Shown: positions 44,054 through 55,603 of the stretch, piece by piece
Layout of the letters: each line of letters begins with the position of its first letter
Numbering within the stretch: position 1 is the stretch's first letter
DNA from: Chloropicon primus
Taxonomy: Eukaryota
Length of the DNA: 64,000 nucleotides
Assembly (NCBI GenBank): GCA_023205875.1
Contig: CP060763.1
Location: 124,001 to 188,000, forward strand
Reading direction: 5' to 3'
Position numbers and translations under genes: made by a program
The notes under the pieces: model-generated
Database searches by the model: none
What the model saw: only the letters and a program-made list of their open reading frames with translations
Told to the model about the DNA's origin: nothing

Positions 44054-45265
44054 ATGAGCTCGCCTCTCAAGGAGGAGGAGGAGGAGGAGGAGGAGGATGC
44101 AGGGAGGAGACAGAGGATGGAGAGGTACACGAGCAGAAGCGGTTACGATGGAGGGAGGAAGGGCAACCTCGCGAGTGAGTACCACGATTCAGACTTTGAT
44201 TGGATGGAGTTGAGGGAGGAGGCGGAGAAGATTCTTTCTTCCAAGGAGGAAGGGAATCATGAACGTGAACGTGGTGGTGATGATGAGAAGGATGGTGGCA
44301 TCGAGAAGCTCGGTGACCAGGGCAAAGCGTGGGAGAAGTTCCACAACAAGGTAAGGAGGAGAGATGGTGGTGGCGGGGGAGGGGTTGGAATCTCTTCCTC
44401 TTGCTCTTTCCAAAGAGCCCTCACTTGATTCAGATGGAGGAGGAGGAGGAGGAGGAGGAGGAGGAGGAGGAGGAGGAGGTTGTTGTTGTTGTTGTTGTTG
44501 GTCCTCGTCAAGGGGGGACAGTTTGTGCTGACAGATGGATTTCATCCACCATCGCTTTTTTTTTTGCTTTTTCTCGTTTTCTTGTTTCAGGTGAACAGCA
44601 CAGCAAAGTTCTTCAAGGAGAAGCGATACATCCTGCAGGAGTTCCCTGCCTTGCTGGAGGAAAATGTCCTCGAGGTGTGCGAGTTTGGCTGTGGCAACGG
44701 GAGCACCGTGATCCCGATCCTGAAAGGAAACCCGTTGGCCAGGGTGACGGCCATGGACTTCAGTGAATCTGCGGTGGAGCACACCAGGCAAGCCGTGGAG
44801 AGGGAGGGGTTCGAGTCCGCCAGGTGCACCGTGATGACCCGCGACCTGAGTTCCGGTGTTGTCGTGGAGGAGGAGGGGGGCTCTGGGGAGGAAGGGAAGT
44901 TCGACGCCGTTCTCATGGTCTTCTTCCTCTCTGCGGTTCCCCCGCCAAAGATGGACAAAGCGATTGGGAATGCTCTCCATCTTCTCAAGCCGGGAGGCCG
45001 CGTCTTCTTCAGGGATTATGGCATGTTCGACCTCACTCAGCTCAGGTTCCCTCAGGACCAGAAGCTGGGAAGCAAGCTGTATCACAGGGGTGACAACACC
45101 TTGTCCTACTTTTTCACTCTCGAGGATCTTGCGGCCAAGTTCGAGGGGGAGGGGTTCGAAACGGTAGAGACGGACTACGCCTGCGTGGAGCTGTATAACC
45201 GAAAGAAGGACTTTGAGATGAGGAGGGTGTTCGCTCATGGCGTCTTTCGAAAGCCGCTGCGGTGA
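44054..45265 (+). CDS. tRNA m3C methyltransferase (METTL6/METTL2/Trm140-like), 2 exons
   Basis: AWEKFH/..FFKEKRYI..EFP, EFGCGNGST, FFLSAV, FRDYGMFD, YHRGDNTLSYFF; intron 44351-44590. Confidence 0.88.
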
Positions 45266-45331
45266 AAGGTTGTTGATAGGAAAGCTCGGGACTTGGTCGA
45301 CTGTTGTCCTGGCCATAAATAACAATAACAA

Positions 45332-46516
45332 TTACAAGTCTTCGTCTAATCGAGTGCAAACCGTGTTGGCAAGACCACCTCGATTGCCGACCTCGACGGA
45401 ACCAAAGCGTTCCGCAAAGGCCTTCGGAAGGGCGATGCCGTTGGGTGGGCAGATCCACAGCCGAAGCAGGTGCCTGGGGGGCTCGCCAGCGGCATCGACG
45501 AATTCAGACCGCGAGTGCAGAATGGTGTGGTTGTGAAGGAGCTGCAAGTCCCCGGGCTCGAGCATTTGTTGGAGAGCGTTTTCCTCCGCCTTCCGCTCGA
45601 CCAGGTCCAGCGCCTGCACTTGGAGGGGGTCGAGGGGCGGGACGTCGTCCCAGCGCTGCGCCGCGGTGATGAACGAGCGGTCGAGAATGCAAGCGATCTT
45701 GCCCTGCGGGGTGCGATGGAAGATGGGCATTTCGTAATAGCCTTTTTTCCCCTTCGGGACCTCCCCCTTTCGATCGACGTGGAAGTTCTCCAGCAAGACT
45801 CGCGCCAAGTGCGGGGCCTCCCTCTCAATCTCCTCGTAAATCGTCACGCTGCTCGTGAACGAGCTCAGCCCGCCTTGCTTGGCCTGGTGCAGGCAAAGGA
45901 GTCCCACGATGTCGCAACTGTCGGTGTGGAAAGGCTGGGCCGCGTTCGTGGCGTAGATCCTGGTCGACGGGCTGTTGGGGTCCAGTCCCAAGTTCTTGAC
46001 GTGCCCCAGGATGTGACCCTCCTTGTTCTGGGGCACGAGCGTCCCGAGAGACCTCCCAAGCAGCAGAGCCGCAACCCCCCTCTCCTCTTCGCTCAGCTGG
46101 TCGATGGGAACCCCTCTGATGAGTGCGAACCCCCTTCCCCAAATCAGCGACTCTCGAACGCCCTCAAGCTTGGCAAGGAGGTCACTCGGAAAGAACAATC
46201 GCACGTCCTCGTCCTCGCGCCCGCCCGCCTCTTCCCTCCCTCCTCGAATCCTTTTGAAGTTCGCAACTCCGTCCAAGACCGCCTCTCTCTCCCTCTTGCT
46301 GAGGTGCCACTCCCACTCCCCTCGCGTCCTCAAGGCTTCCTCCGTCGTCCAGTTCGCCCGCCCCGGCTCTCGTCCGCGCATCCTGCTCGACAATGCGACG
46401 AATCGAAAGCCTCGCGAGGGCCGCAGGGCCACGAACCTCCCACCATCACGATGAATCCTTCCCTTTGTCCCGCGATGACTCCTCCCTCTCGCTGCCCTGC
46501 AACCACCAAGGACCAT
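45332..46516 (-). CDS. TauD/TfdA-family Fe(II)/2-oxoglutarate dioxygenase
   Basis: GRGFALIRG, QPFHTDSCDIVGLLC (HxD), PGDLQLLHNHTILHSR, RHLLRLW; basic transit-peptide-like N-terminus. Confidence 0.85.
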   Translation of the reverse strand: MVLGGCRAARGRSHRGTKGRIHRDGGRFVALRPSRGFRFVALSSRMRGREPGRANWTTEEALRTRGEWEWHLSKREREAVLDGVANFKRIRGGREEAGGREDEDVRLFFPSDLLAKLEGVRESLIWGRGFALIRGVPIDQLSEEERGVAALLLGRSLGTLVPQNKEGHILGHVKNLGLDPNSPSTRIYATNAAQPFHTDSCDIVGLLCLHQAKQGGLSSFTSSVTIYEEIEREAPHLARVLLENFHVDRKGEVPKGKKGYYEMPIFHRTPQGKIACILDRSFITAAQRWDDVPPLDPLQVQALDLVERKAEENALQQMLEPGDLQLLHNHTILHSRSEFVDAAGEPPRHLLRLWICPPNGIALPKAFAERFGSVEVGNRGGLANTVCTRLDEDL

Positions 46517-47220
46517 CTTCAAGCCGAAGCAGACCACCAATCCGAGAGATACACCGGTCGTGCGCACCAGCAATCGAAAGATCTCGAGCCAACGCTTCGC
46601 TCCGAACGCCCTCTTCCTCCGGATCCACCTCCCTCGCTCTCCACCGCGTCGCAAAGCACGCGATGAGCCTCCTCCTGGCTGCCCTCAAATGCCTTGATGA
46701 CCAAAGTTGGCGACCATTCCGGTTGCCAAACGAGTCGATCGAGGGCTCGTTCGAAAGAGAAAGAGATATTCTACCGCGATGCGTTGACACCTTTCCCTCT
46801 TACGCTCTTGTTCTCTCCATCTTTCTCTCGTTCTTTCTCCTCCTCCGTCGATCTCTCCTCTCTGAAGATGGGAGTTCACGATAGCGCGTTCAAAACCGCC
46901 ACGAAGAAAACGGAACGAGAGAGAGAGAGGTAAGACCTTCGCGGAGGAAGCGGAGGGGGAAGGAGGGGGCGGAGGGAGGAGGGGGTTGGACCAACGAACG
47001 CTTCGTCTCGCGAGCTTTCGAACGACCCCTCTCACGAACGTTTTCTCAAACGTTGTCCATGTCAAGTGTCGAGAGAGACGTGGTTTTCGCCTCCACGTGA
47101 AGGGATCGAGTGCCCATTGTAGCAACAAGTGCGAACGTTTGGAGGAAGCGGAAGGGGACGGAAGCGGGACAGACGGAAGCGTTACGTCTCGATCTTTCCG
47201 TGGACCTCTCGCACGAAAAT
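46385..47220. promoter_or_regulatory. Divergent promoter with phased copies of the same element
   Basis: + copies at 46405, 46576 and 46753; - copies at 47015 and 47194. Confidence 0.65.
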
Positions 47221-47319
47221 TTTGTCTTCCGTTTGAGGGTGGAACGTCTGATCTTCTTCATTCTTTTGTTTTTGTTTTTTTCCTTGTTTTTGATAACATG
47301 ATATGTATATCATTAGAAG

Positions 47320-49629
47320 ATGCCTCAGCTTCGTTCGAGGAGGAGCGGAGAGGGAGGAGAAGGGGAGGGAGGGAGTCGGCAGCTTCGATCAAGGAGGACG
47401 ACGGCTGGCCAGGGGAAGAAGAAGGGAGGTGCGGGTGCAGGGGAGGGGAAGAACGAGGGAGGGAAGGGGTCGCCCAAGCCGGAGGGAAGGAAGGAGGGTC
47501 AGGTGGCCAAGGCGAAGGCACCTCCTTCGCAGGGCGGTGGTAACTCTGGGAAGACGCCGGTGAGCGGTGACGCGGCGAAGAAGGGGGCACCTTGGTCGGG
47601 AGGTCCCTCGGGGAAGTCGACGCCGGCGAGCGGAGGAGGACAGAAGAGGGCTGCGGCGGCCAAGCGGAACACGCCAGGCGCTGGAGGTTCGGGCAAGAAG
47701 CGGACGTATAACGCCGGGGCGAAGAACAAGAGGAGCGCTCCTGGGGCTGCGGCCGCGGGGAGGAACGTGAACAAGCTCGAGAGGAAGGACACGGAGAGCA
47801 GGGACAAGAGAAACCAGCAGAACAACAACCAGTATGTGAACAACCACAAGCCCGCGAACAACCACGGGGGGGAGGAGGAGGGGTCGACCGCCCCGGTGCC
47901 GGACAAGGCGCAGGTCGGGGGCTCCCCGGCCTACCTGGTGGAGAAGAAGCTAGGCAAAGGAGGCTTCGGCCAGGTCTACACCGGGAGGAGAGTGAACGGA
48001 AGCGAGAGCGTGATCGACGGGGCTCACGCGTACAAGGTTGCCCTCAAGTTCGAGCACAGGAGCAGCAAGGGTTGTGGCTACGGGCCTCCCTACGAGTGGA
48101 GCGTGTATAGCGCTCTGAGCGGCTGCTACGGCATCCCGAGGGTCTCTTACAAGGGGAGGCAGGGAGACTATTACATCATGGTGATGGACCTGCTGGGACC
48201 TTCGTTGTGGGACGTCTGGAACACCCAGAACCAAGTCATGTCCCAGGAGATGGTCGCCTGCATCGCTCTCGAGTCGCTGGTCATCCTCGAGAACTTACAT
48301 TCCAAGGGATACGTCCACGGAGACGTGAAGCCGGAGAACTTCCTTCTCGGCCCTCCTGGCACCCCAAACAGCAACAAGCTTTACTTGGTGGACTTGGGCT
48401 TGGCCACCAGGTGGAGGGACACCGTGTGCAACACTCACATCGAGTATGACCAGAGGCCTGACGTCTTCAGGGGCACGGTGAGGTACGCAAGCGTCCACGC
48501 GCACCTCGGAAGGAACGCGAGCAGGAGAGATGACCTCGAGTCATTGGCTTACACCCTCATGTTCCTCCTCAAGGGGAAGCTTCCCTGGCAGGGCTACCAA
48601 GGGGACAACAAGGGTTTCCTCGTCTGCAAGAAGAAGATGGCCACAAGCGCGGAGCAGATGTGCAAGTACTCCCCCCCAAGCTTCAAGCAGTTCACGGAGT
48701 ACGTCATGAACCTCAAGTACGACGAGGACCCTCGATACAGCTGGATGATCAGCTTGTTCGAGCCCCTCTGCGGCAGTGCGCTGCAGAGGCCAATCAAGAT
48801 CAACGAGTCCACCTTGGCCAAGGTTGGGCAGAAGAGGACGAGGGACATGTTGGATGACCAGGAGGACGAGGAGGCCCCCAAGAAGAAGGTGAGGATCGGC
48901 ATCCCGGCCTTGCAGTGGATCACCGTGTACAACGCCCACAGGCCAATGAAGCAGAGGTATCATTACAACGTGACCTCGATCAGGGTGAGCCAGCACGTCG
49001 AGAAGGGAAATGACGACGGTCTTTTCATCAGCAGCATTGCTTGCTACCAGGAGCTTTGGGCTCTGATCATGGACGCGGGCACGGGGTACACAGAGCAGCT
49101 GTACACTCTGAGCTCGACGTTCCTGCCAAAGGACTGGATCATGGAGCGGTGGGAGGAGGGGTACTACATCACGAGCATCACCGGAAGCAGTGTGGGGCGT
49201 TCCTTCGTGGTCATGAGCAAGGGGACCCCTTACACCCAGCAGTCCTACAAGGTGTCCGACAGCTTCCCCTTCAAGTGGATCAACAAGAAGTGGAAGGAGG
49301 GCTTTTACGTGACGTGCATGGGGACCAGCAACACGAGGTGGGCGGTCGTGATGAGCCGCAACGCAGGCTTTGTCGACCAGGTCGTGGAGTTGGATTTCCA
49401 GTACCCTTCGGAGGGTATCCACAGGAGGTGGGACTCGGGTTTCAGGATAACCTCCTGCGCAGCCACCCCGGATCAGGCCGCCTTTGTCCTGTCGATTCCT
49501 CGCAAGAGGCCAATCGACGAGACGCAGGAGACTCTCCGTACCTCAGCCTTCCCAAGCGCACACGTGAAGGAGAAGTGGGGGAAGAACCTCTACATTGCCA
49601 GCGTGGCGTACGGAAGGACGGTGAGCTGA
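47320..49629 (+). CDS. MUT9-like / photoregulatory casein kinase 1 (MLK/PPK family)
   Basis: [52 protein letters not shown]; family C-terminus [20 protein letters not shown]...YGRTVS. Confidence 0.93.
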   Translation: MPQLRSRRSGEGGEGEGGSRQLRSRRTTAGQGKKKGGAGAGEGKNEGGKGSPKPEGRKEGQVAKAKAPPSQGGGNSGKTPVSGDAAKKGAPWSGGPSGKSTPASGGGQKRAAAAKRNTPGAGGSGKKRTYNAGAKNKRSAPGAAAAGRNVNKLERKDTESRDKRNQQNNNQYVNNHKPANNHGGEEEGSTAPVPDKAQVGGSPAYLVEKKLGKGGFGQVYTGRRVNGSESVIDGAHAYKVALKFEHRSSKGCGYGPPYEWSVYSALSGCYGIPRVSYKGRQGDYYIMVMDLLGPSLWDVWNTQNQVMSQEMVACIALESLVILENLHSKGYVHGDVKPENFLLGPPGTPNSNKLYLVDLGLATRWRDTVCNTHIEYDQRPDVFRGTVRYASVHAHLGRNASRRDDLESLAYTLMFLLKGKLPWQGYQGDNKGFLVCKKKMATSAEQMCKYSPPSFKQFTEYVMNLKYDEDPRYSWMISLFEPLCGSALQRPIKINESTLAKVGQKRTRDMLDDQEDEEAPKKKVRIGIPALQWITVYNAHRPMKQRYHYNVTSIRVSQHVEKGNDDGLFISSIACYQELWALIMDAGTGYTEQLYTLSSTFLPKDWIMERWEEGYYITSITGSSVGRSFVVMSKGTPYTQQSYKVSDSFPFKWINKKWKEGFYVTCMGTSNTRWAVVMSRNAGFVDQVVELDFQYPSEGIHRRWDSGFRITSCAATPDQAAFVLSIPRKRPIDETQETLRTSAFPSAHVKEKWGKNLYIASVAYGRTVS

Positions 49630-49719
49630 TTTCAATCAGCCTGGATTTGTGTAACTGTGTGTTCCTTTATCAGAAAACCTTTTATTGTAATACAAGCTTT
49701 TTTCCCCTCTTGCCCTTTC

Positions 49720-51348
49720 TTAGACGAGGAGGAAGTCCTTCTTTATCTCGTCGAAGCTCTTCCCTTTGGTTTCACTGCAGACACGGTTCACGAACACCAG
49801 AGCGCAAAGGCAAGACAGCGCGAAGACGGCGTACAGAGCGCTGACGCCAAACTGGCTTGTGAGCTGCAAGAAATACTGCCCGATCAGGATGTTCATGATC
49901 CAGTGGGTGGTGAAGGCTACGCTGCTCGCTTGGGCCCTGCAATCTCCGCCAATTTCGCTCACGTACATGCCTGGGATGGCACCCGCGCCCAGCGCGAAGC
50001 TGAACATGTAAGCAAGGATGCTGGCCAGGATGACCAGGGGAGCGAAGGGCAAGCTGTGGGAGAGTCCAGAGCTCGAGACCACAGACAGCACGCCCAAGGT
50101 CAGCGCCATACCCCCGTACGAAACTTGCATCAGCTGCTTCCTGCCGGCCCTGTCCACCAGGTAGCCGGTGAACATTGTTCCGACGAGGTTGACGAGCCCC
50201 ACGATGAGCGAGGCCACCGCTGGGTTTTGCACGCCGATGTCGTGAAACATGCTGCTCGAGAAGAAGACGATGCTGTTGATGCCCGACATCTGCTGGAACA
50301 CGAACATGAGCACGGACACGACCAAGACTTTCCTGTAAGCCTTTGAAAAAATGCTCTCCCCCCCTCCCTCGGCAGGCTTAGAGCTCTCCACGTCGTTCAC
50401 CTCCACGTCCCGGGACTCGCCCCAGAGCCTCAGCGCCTGCTTCTCCGCCTCGTCGACCTTCCCCCTGGATGCCAAGAAGGCGGGGGTCTCCGGCAGGAAC
50501 GTGGCCGCAAGAAGGGCAAGCAGGGCACCGGGAACCGCAGCGATCCCGAACATGGCACGCCACTGGTGCGGCGCGTACACCAAGTTCGCGAGCAGCCCAA
50601 GAACGATCCCGAGGCAGATGGTGAGCTGATTGACGCTCCCAAGGCTTCCCCTGAGATTCTTTGGAGACACCTCGCTGATGTAGAGCGGAACGAGGGAGCT
50701 GGCAATCCCAATCCCAACGCCAGTGAGAAAGCGGCCGGCGAGTATCCCAGGCAAGCTCGTCGCCGAGAAGACACAGAGCCCAGGTCCAACCGCAAGAAGG
50801 ACGCCACAATACAATTGACTCATCCTTCTTCCACATGCGTCCACAATCTTGCCAGCAACCAGACTCCCTACCGTGGCGCCCACGAGGAGCGTGCTCACGA
50901 TGCTCCCCTGCGCCGTCAGGTTGTTCGCCACTCCAGTCGCACTCCGAGCAATGGCCTCGAGCGGGCCATTCACAACCGCGAGGTTGTACCCGAAGGCAAA
51001 GGCACCGAGGGCGGACACGAACGCGCAAGCGACGGCAACCGACGACGACGACGATGACGACGACGACAGAGACGAAGCAGCTTCACTCGACGACGACTTT
51101 CCGACGACAATATCCTTATCCCTCGTCGTCGTCGTCGTCGTCGTCATCCCTTTCCCTCTCGCTCGGAACGCCATCCTCTTCGCTGAGGGCTGGGGACACC
51201 CCCGCGTAACGGCCGAGGGGGCACAATTTCGTAACGCTCGCCTTGCAGGTCCCCTGTTCCTGTTCCTGGTGATGGTACTGGTGGTGGTACTGGTGTTGTG
51301 GACGACTCCTCTGTCTTGAGACAGGACAACTCGCGGTGGGCTCCACAT
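49720..51348 (-). CDS. Sugar porter, plastidic glucose translocator (pGlcT)-like
   Basis: Transit-like N-terminus; FGYNLAVVNGPL, GRR, YISEVSP..RG, PETP, QQMSGIN, VDRAGRK, ETKGKS. Confidence 0.88.
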   Translation of the reverse strand: MWSPPRVVLSQDRGVVHNTSTTTSTITRNRNRGPARRALRNCAPSAVTRGCPQPSAKRMAFRARGKGMTTTTTTTRDKDIVVGKSSSSEAASSLSSSSSSSSSVAVACAFVSALGAFAFGYNLAVVNGPLEAIARSATGVANNLTAQGSIVSTLLVGATVGSLVAGKIVDACGRRMSQLYCGVLLAVGPGLCVFSATSLPGILAGRFLTGVGIGIASSLVPLYISEVSPKNLRGSLGSVNQLTICLGIVLGLLANLVYAPHQWRAMFGIAAVPGALLALLAATFLPETPAFLASRGKVDEAEKQALRLWGESRDVEVNDVESSKPAEGGGESIFSKAYRKVLVVSVLMFVFQQMSGINSIVFFSSSMFHDIGVQNPAVASLIVGLVNLVGTMFTGYLVDRAGRKQLMQVSYGGMALTLGVLSVVSSSGLSHSLPFAPLVILASILAYMFSFALGAGAIPGMYVSEIGGDCRAQASSVAFTTHWIMNILIGQYFLQLTSQFGVSALYAVFALSCLCALVFVNRVCSETKGKSFDEIKKDFLLV

Positions 51349-51700
51349 CTTCCTGGAGGTTTGGTGGTGCCAGCTGGAGGGGACAGGAGGAGGGGAGGGA
51401 AAAAACGTGATCAAGGTAGAGCTAGATCACGACTACCGAGGAGGATGGATGGAGAGGGGTGGTGCGGCATCAAGGGAGAGGAAGGAGAAGGAGTGGACTC
51501 TTTCTTTCTTTCTCTGTGTCTCTCTTTGTTTGTCTTTGTCTCTTTCTCTGATGATCTGTGAGTTGAAGGAAGGATCAATCACAAAAGGTGGATGTTGATG
51601 GATGGGTGGACTCTCGTGTTGCGTTGCGCCCACCTCTCCGTGTCTTGGTCTCCCCGTCACCATGGATTGGTTGATTGAAAAGCGCTACTCATTCACTCAC

Positions 51701-52594
51701 TTATTTGGTGGTCGTCATCACCTCGTAAACCACCGGAAGAACGGAAATGGCAACGATGCCGAGGACCACCAGCGTGAAGTTATGCTGGACGAAGGGCAGG
51801 TTGCCGAAGAAGAACCCCAGCAGGGTGAAGCTGGTCGTCCAAGCGATGGCGCCCACGACGTTGTAGATCGAGAACTCTCTCCACTCCATGCTGCCCACGC
51901 CGGCTACAAAGGGAGCGAACGTTCTTACGATCGGCACAAACCTCGCGAGGACGATCGTTTTCGGTCCGTGCTTTCCATAGAATCTCTCCGTTTTCTCGAT
52001 GTTTTTCGAGGAGATCAGGCCGCTCGCCAGGATCCTCCGGCCGACCCACTGGCCCACGCAGTAGTTCACAGCATCGCCCGCGACGGCAGCCACGAGCAAG
52101 ACAAGAATAACAGTCTGCAGCTTGAGGCTGCCGAGGGCAGCAAAGGTCCCGCAAGCGAACAGTAGGCTGTCCCCTGGCAGGAACGGCGTCACAACCAACC
52201 CAGTCTCGCAGAAGACAATGGCTGCGAGAAGACCGTACGTCTGACACACACATGAGCACATGCACGGAGAGAGAGAGAGAGAAGGAGACTCGTCAGTTGT
52301 TGACGGCGACGGTGGCATTTTGTTTTGGGGTCTCACCTTTTGCTCCCCGAACTTGGATATGATTGCCATCAAGTGCTTGTCGAGGTGGAGCATGAAACTG
52401 ATGCACTGCTGGACCAAAGTCACGGACGTTGAGTCCCGGCCAGCAGCAAGAGCGCTCGGCGAGAGCGCCGAACCCCATAAGAGCGTCGCACCAATCACCG
52501 CAAGGGCAAGCATTTTCGCCGCCCTCCGTGAAAGGCGATGCATCCACGCTCCCCTGACCCCGACCACCCCCCGTGGCCAGGACAAATCACGCAA
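51701..52594 (-). CDS. DedA-family membrane protein, 2 exons (start uncertain)
   Basis: FCETGLVVTPFLPGDSLLFACG, GDAVNY, ARFVPIVRTFAPFVAG; intron 52336-52241. Confidence 0.9.
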   Translation of the reverse strand: MRDLSWPRGVVGVRGAWMHRLSRRAAKMLALAVIGATLLWGSALSPSALAAGRDSTSVTLVQQCISFMLHLDKHLMAIISKFGEQKVRPQNKMPPSPSTTDESPSLSLSPCMCSCVCQTYGLLAAIVFCETGLVVTPFLPGDSLLFACGTFAALGSLKLQTVILVLLVAAVAGDAVNYCVGQWVGRRILASGLISSKNIEKTERFYGKHGPKTIVLARFVPIVRTFAPFVAGVGSMEWREFSIYNVVGAIAWTTSFTLLGFFFGNLPFVQHNFTLVVLGIVAISVLPVVYEVMTTTK

Positions 52595-53093
52595 GGAGCA
52601 TGCCGCTTCCCTTCCCTCTTGTGCATCCCAACACAGGCCAGACCTGGCCTTGTCGCGAGACCTCGTCGTCGCTCCAGGTTTTCGTCGCCTGTCCTTGCTG
52701 AATCTGGCCAGGAGGAGGGGCTTGCTCGATGCTGCCCTGCATCCGCTCGCCGATCTCAGCCGCCCTCTTACCCCTCTGCTCCCTGCACCGCCGCTGTCAT
52801 CATTTTATCAACAACATCATCATCAACAACAACAACAACATCAACATCATCATTCATGGATCAGTTTGTTTCATGGTCAAGAGAACTCCGTTCCTTTCGA
52901 GGGAGGTATCGTTGGAAAGATCTCGTCATGAAAGTTTCCATCGTGACTTCTCCACTCCTCGCTGCTTCCTCCCTCGACCGCCAGAGCGTCCACTCACCTC
53001 GGTCTCATGAGACTCCCGCCAAAAAAATGAAGAAAAAAAACCCTCAAAATTTTCCTTTTTTTTAGCGGGAAAAAATTCTCACTTTTAGTTTCA

Positions 53094-53143
<50 letters not shown>
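53094..53143. repeat. (GAC)n microsatellite
   Basis: About 16 perfect units in the DedA divergent intergenic region. Confidence 0.95.
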
Positions 53144-53144
<1 letters not shown>

Positions 53145-53519
53145 CGCCATGTACCTGCTGAAGCCTTACCTCGCCGCAATCGGCGCACTCCTCGTGGTAC
53201 GTTCATGGCGCATCAACGAAACCCTTTGCGTCATCAAAAACACAAAAACTTTTTTTTCACTCTCCAAAAAGAGGATGACCACGTGATGATGATGATCGTT
53301 GGTTTGTTTTTGTTTTGTTTTGTTTTTGGAGCCCTCACTTGAAAGGAACGCCTCACGGATCGGGTGGAAGCAAGGGATCCCATCCCCGACCACGCATTCG
53401 TGCATTCGTGCATACATTCATGCAGGCAGGCAGGCAGCTGCACGTGATGTTGTTCAGGATGAGGATCAACTGACTCGTTGCTGCTTCTTCTTTCTGATTT
53501 TGTTTTTTCTTGTGTCAAG

Positions 53520-53654
53520 ATGACGAGCTTCTACCTCATGACGAGGCCAGATTGTGCAGTGAAGTGTTACTTGAATTTGCTTAGCGCCACGACGGAGGAA
53601 GGTAAGACCAACACCGACCAGTGGGGTTGGTATGTGTTGTGCTGACAAGCTTGT

Positions 53655-53691
<37 letters not shown>

Positions 53692-54083
53692 GTCTCTGTC
53701 TCTGTCTCTGTCTCTGTCTCTGTCTTGGTTGGTCTGCATGTGTAGCGGGCTCCTGGCTCAAGTCCTTCAACGTGGAGGGAGGAAGAAGCAGCATGTGGCA
53801 GTCCCCCATGTACCCGCTGACGATCCACCTTGTGCAGGTGGGAGGCTGTGCGTTCTTCTGCTTGGGCCTTATCCTGTTGGCCTCCACGACCATCGGGAGT
53901 GCGAAGAGGTTCACCGAAGGGTCCTGCCTGCTCCTCGCACTTACTGCGTACTGCTTCCTGTTGAAGGATGACGTGATGAAGTTCCAAAGCAAGCTCAGCG
54001 GTGTCGTCGCCATCAACGTCGTCCTTCTGACGGCCTCTCTCATTGTGAACCGGATGGTAGCGGCAAAGAAAAAGTCGGATTGA
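53520..54083 (+). CDS. Small multi-pass membrane protein with C-terminal KKxx-like motif
   Basis: Exon 53520-53601 joins exon 53746-54083 in frame; about three hydrophobic segments; ends KKKSD. An upstream exon is possible. Confidence 0.55.
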
Positions 54084-54211
54084 AGGACAAAGGAGAAGGA
54101 ACAAGGCATGGCGGTTTTGCGTCCACGGCTTTCGGCTCAAAGACACCAAGAAAAATACCCATCATCTAAAGTGTTTCCATGTAATCTACTATGAACGCAA
54201 CTATGAACGCT

Positions 54212-55603
54212 TCACGCGAGGAGGTCCAGGTCCACGAGCGGATTCTCCGTCAGGAAGTTCTGGTACAACTCGCAGTTCGAGATGGATTTGTGGAGAATCC
54301 TCTTCTGGCACAGCCTCCACTGCACGGCTAGCTTCATCGTCTCGTCCTCCGCTTCGCCGCCGTCGTCGCTGCTGAGGTCGTTCAGGATCTTCTCGTCCTC
54401 CTCGACTCGAGTGGGGAACATCTCAAGCCTCGTTCGCAGGACCTCCTTCAGGAACGCAAAGGCCTTGCTCTCGAGGGCCACCGAGACCGGGCTCCCCTGC
54501 AGAATTCTTTGCTTCCACTTTGCCGAGTCCTTGGCATTCTGGTCGCACGCCACTTTCCACCTCACGAGGCAAAGGAGGTCCCAGCCGGGGAATCCGTTCT
54601 GGTACACCTCGTAGGAAGAGCCCTCCAACTGCAGCGCGGCGTCCTCAAGGACGCTGTCGGGAAGGACGCCGTCAAGCCTGACTGAGTCTTGGGCGTTATC
54701 CTCAATCAGAAACCCATAGATCTCGATCAGCGATCGGTTGTCGTACATGCCGTACGTGACGAAAATTTGTTCCCCCTTCTTGTAGCACCTCTCCCCAGTC
54801 TTGAACACGAAAGACTGGGTCCTCTCGTCGTAGACCCCCGAGCCACTGACTCCCTCAAAGGCGCTTTCCCCCCTCTTCCTCTTCTTCTTCCCTGCCATCA
54901 CCCTCTCCCAGTGGTCGACGAAAGCTTGTGGAAGTCCAGTCGGATCCGGGCCCGCGGGGGGGCAGTAGTTGAAGAGGTCTCCGATGGGGCACAGGCCCCC
55001 CGCCTCGTCCCCCGTGCCCGGAAGGTACACGCTCCTGCTGAGGATTGTTGACGTGGCCCAGAGAAACTCATCGAAGGAGAATCTCGTTGGACACGACAAC
55101 GAAGCCGTTTGTCCTTCCCCTGATCCAAACGCGCACAGCTTCTTGTAGTTCTCCAGAAGCTTGTCCCTCAAATCGGCGTGGTGCTGCTCGAAGCTCCGGT
55201 CCTGCAGCTCCCTCGCCACAGGCTTGCTCCAGTGGCACAGCAGGGCGTACGAGCCGGGCAGACTCCGCACGTACAAGTCGAAGGGCGACTTGTCCTTCCT
55301 TTCCCTTTCCCTCAGCAGGGCAAGGGCGAGAACATCCGTCGAGCTCAATCCCGGTATCTTCCTCTTGCTCCTCATGATCAGACCAAGAGGAATCCGGAGA
55401 ACCTCCGAGTGAGGCTCCAAGTCCCTGGTCGCCACAATACCTCTGCCCCCCTCCTCCACCTTCTCCGCCCTCGCGTTCTTCAGCTCCAGACCTCGAGACC
55501 TCGCCCAATCCAGCAAATCACGCACAGCATCCGAGCAAGGGGAGGAGCACGAAGCCGCCTCCGCAGATGTAACGCCCGCCGTCATCGTCCTCTCCGGCTC
55601 CAT
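54212..55603 (-). CDS. SET-domain non-histone lysine methyltransferase (SETD4/Rubisco LSMT family)
   Basis: GGRGIVAT, WATSTILSR, PIGDLFNY, GEQIFVTYG, LIEIYGF, FPTRVEED. Confidence 0.85.
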   Translation of the reverse strand: MEPERTMTAGVTSAEAASCSSPCSDAVRDLLDWARSRGLELKNARAEKVEEGGRGIVATRDLEPHSEVLRIPLGLIMRSKRKIPGLSSTDVLALALLRERERKDKSPFDLYVRSLPGSYALLCHWSKPVARELQDRSFEQHHADLRDKLLENYKKLCAFGSGEGQTASLSCPTRFSFDEFLWATSTILSRSVYLPGTGDEAGGLCPIGDLFNYCPPAGPDPTGLPQAFVDHWERVMAGKKKRKRGESAFEGVSGSGVYDERTQSFVFKTGERCYKKGEQIFVTYGMYDNRSLIEIYGFLIEDNAQDSVRLDGVLPDSVLEDAALQLEGSSYEVYQNGFPGWDLLCLVRWKVACDQNAKDSAKWKQRILQGSPVSVALESKAFAFLKEVLRTRLEMFPTRVEEDEKILNDLSSDDGGEAEDETMKLAVQWRLCQKRILHKSISNCELYQNFLTENPLVDLDLLA

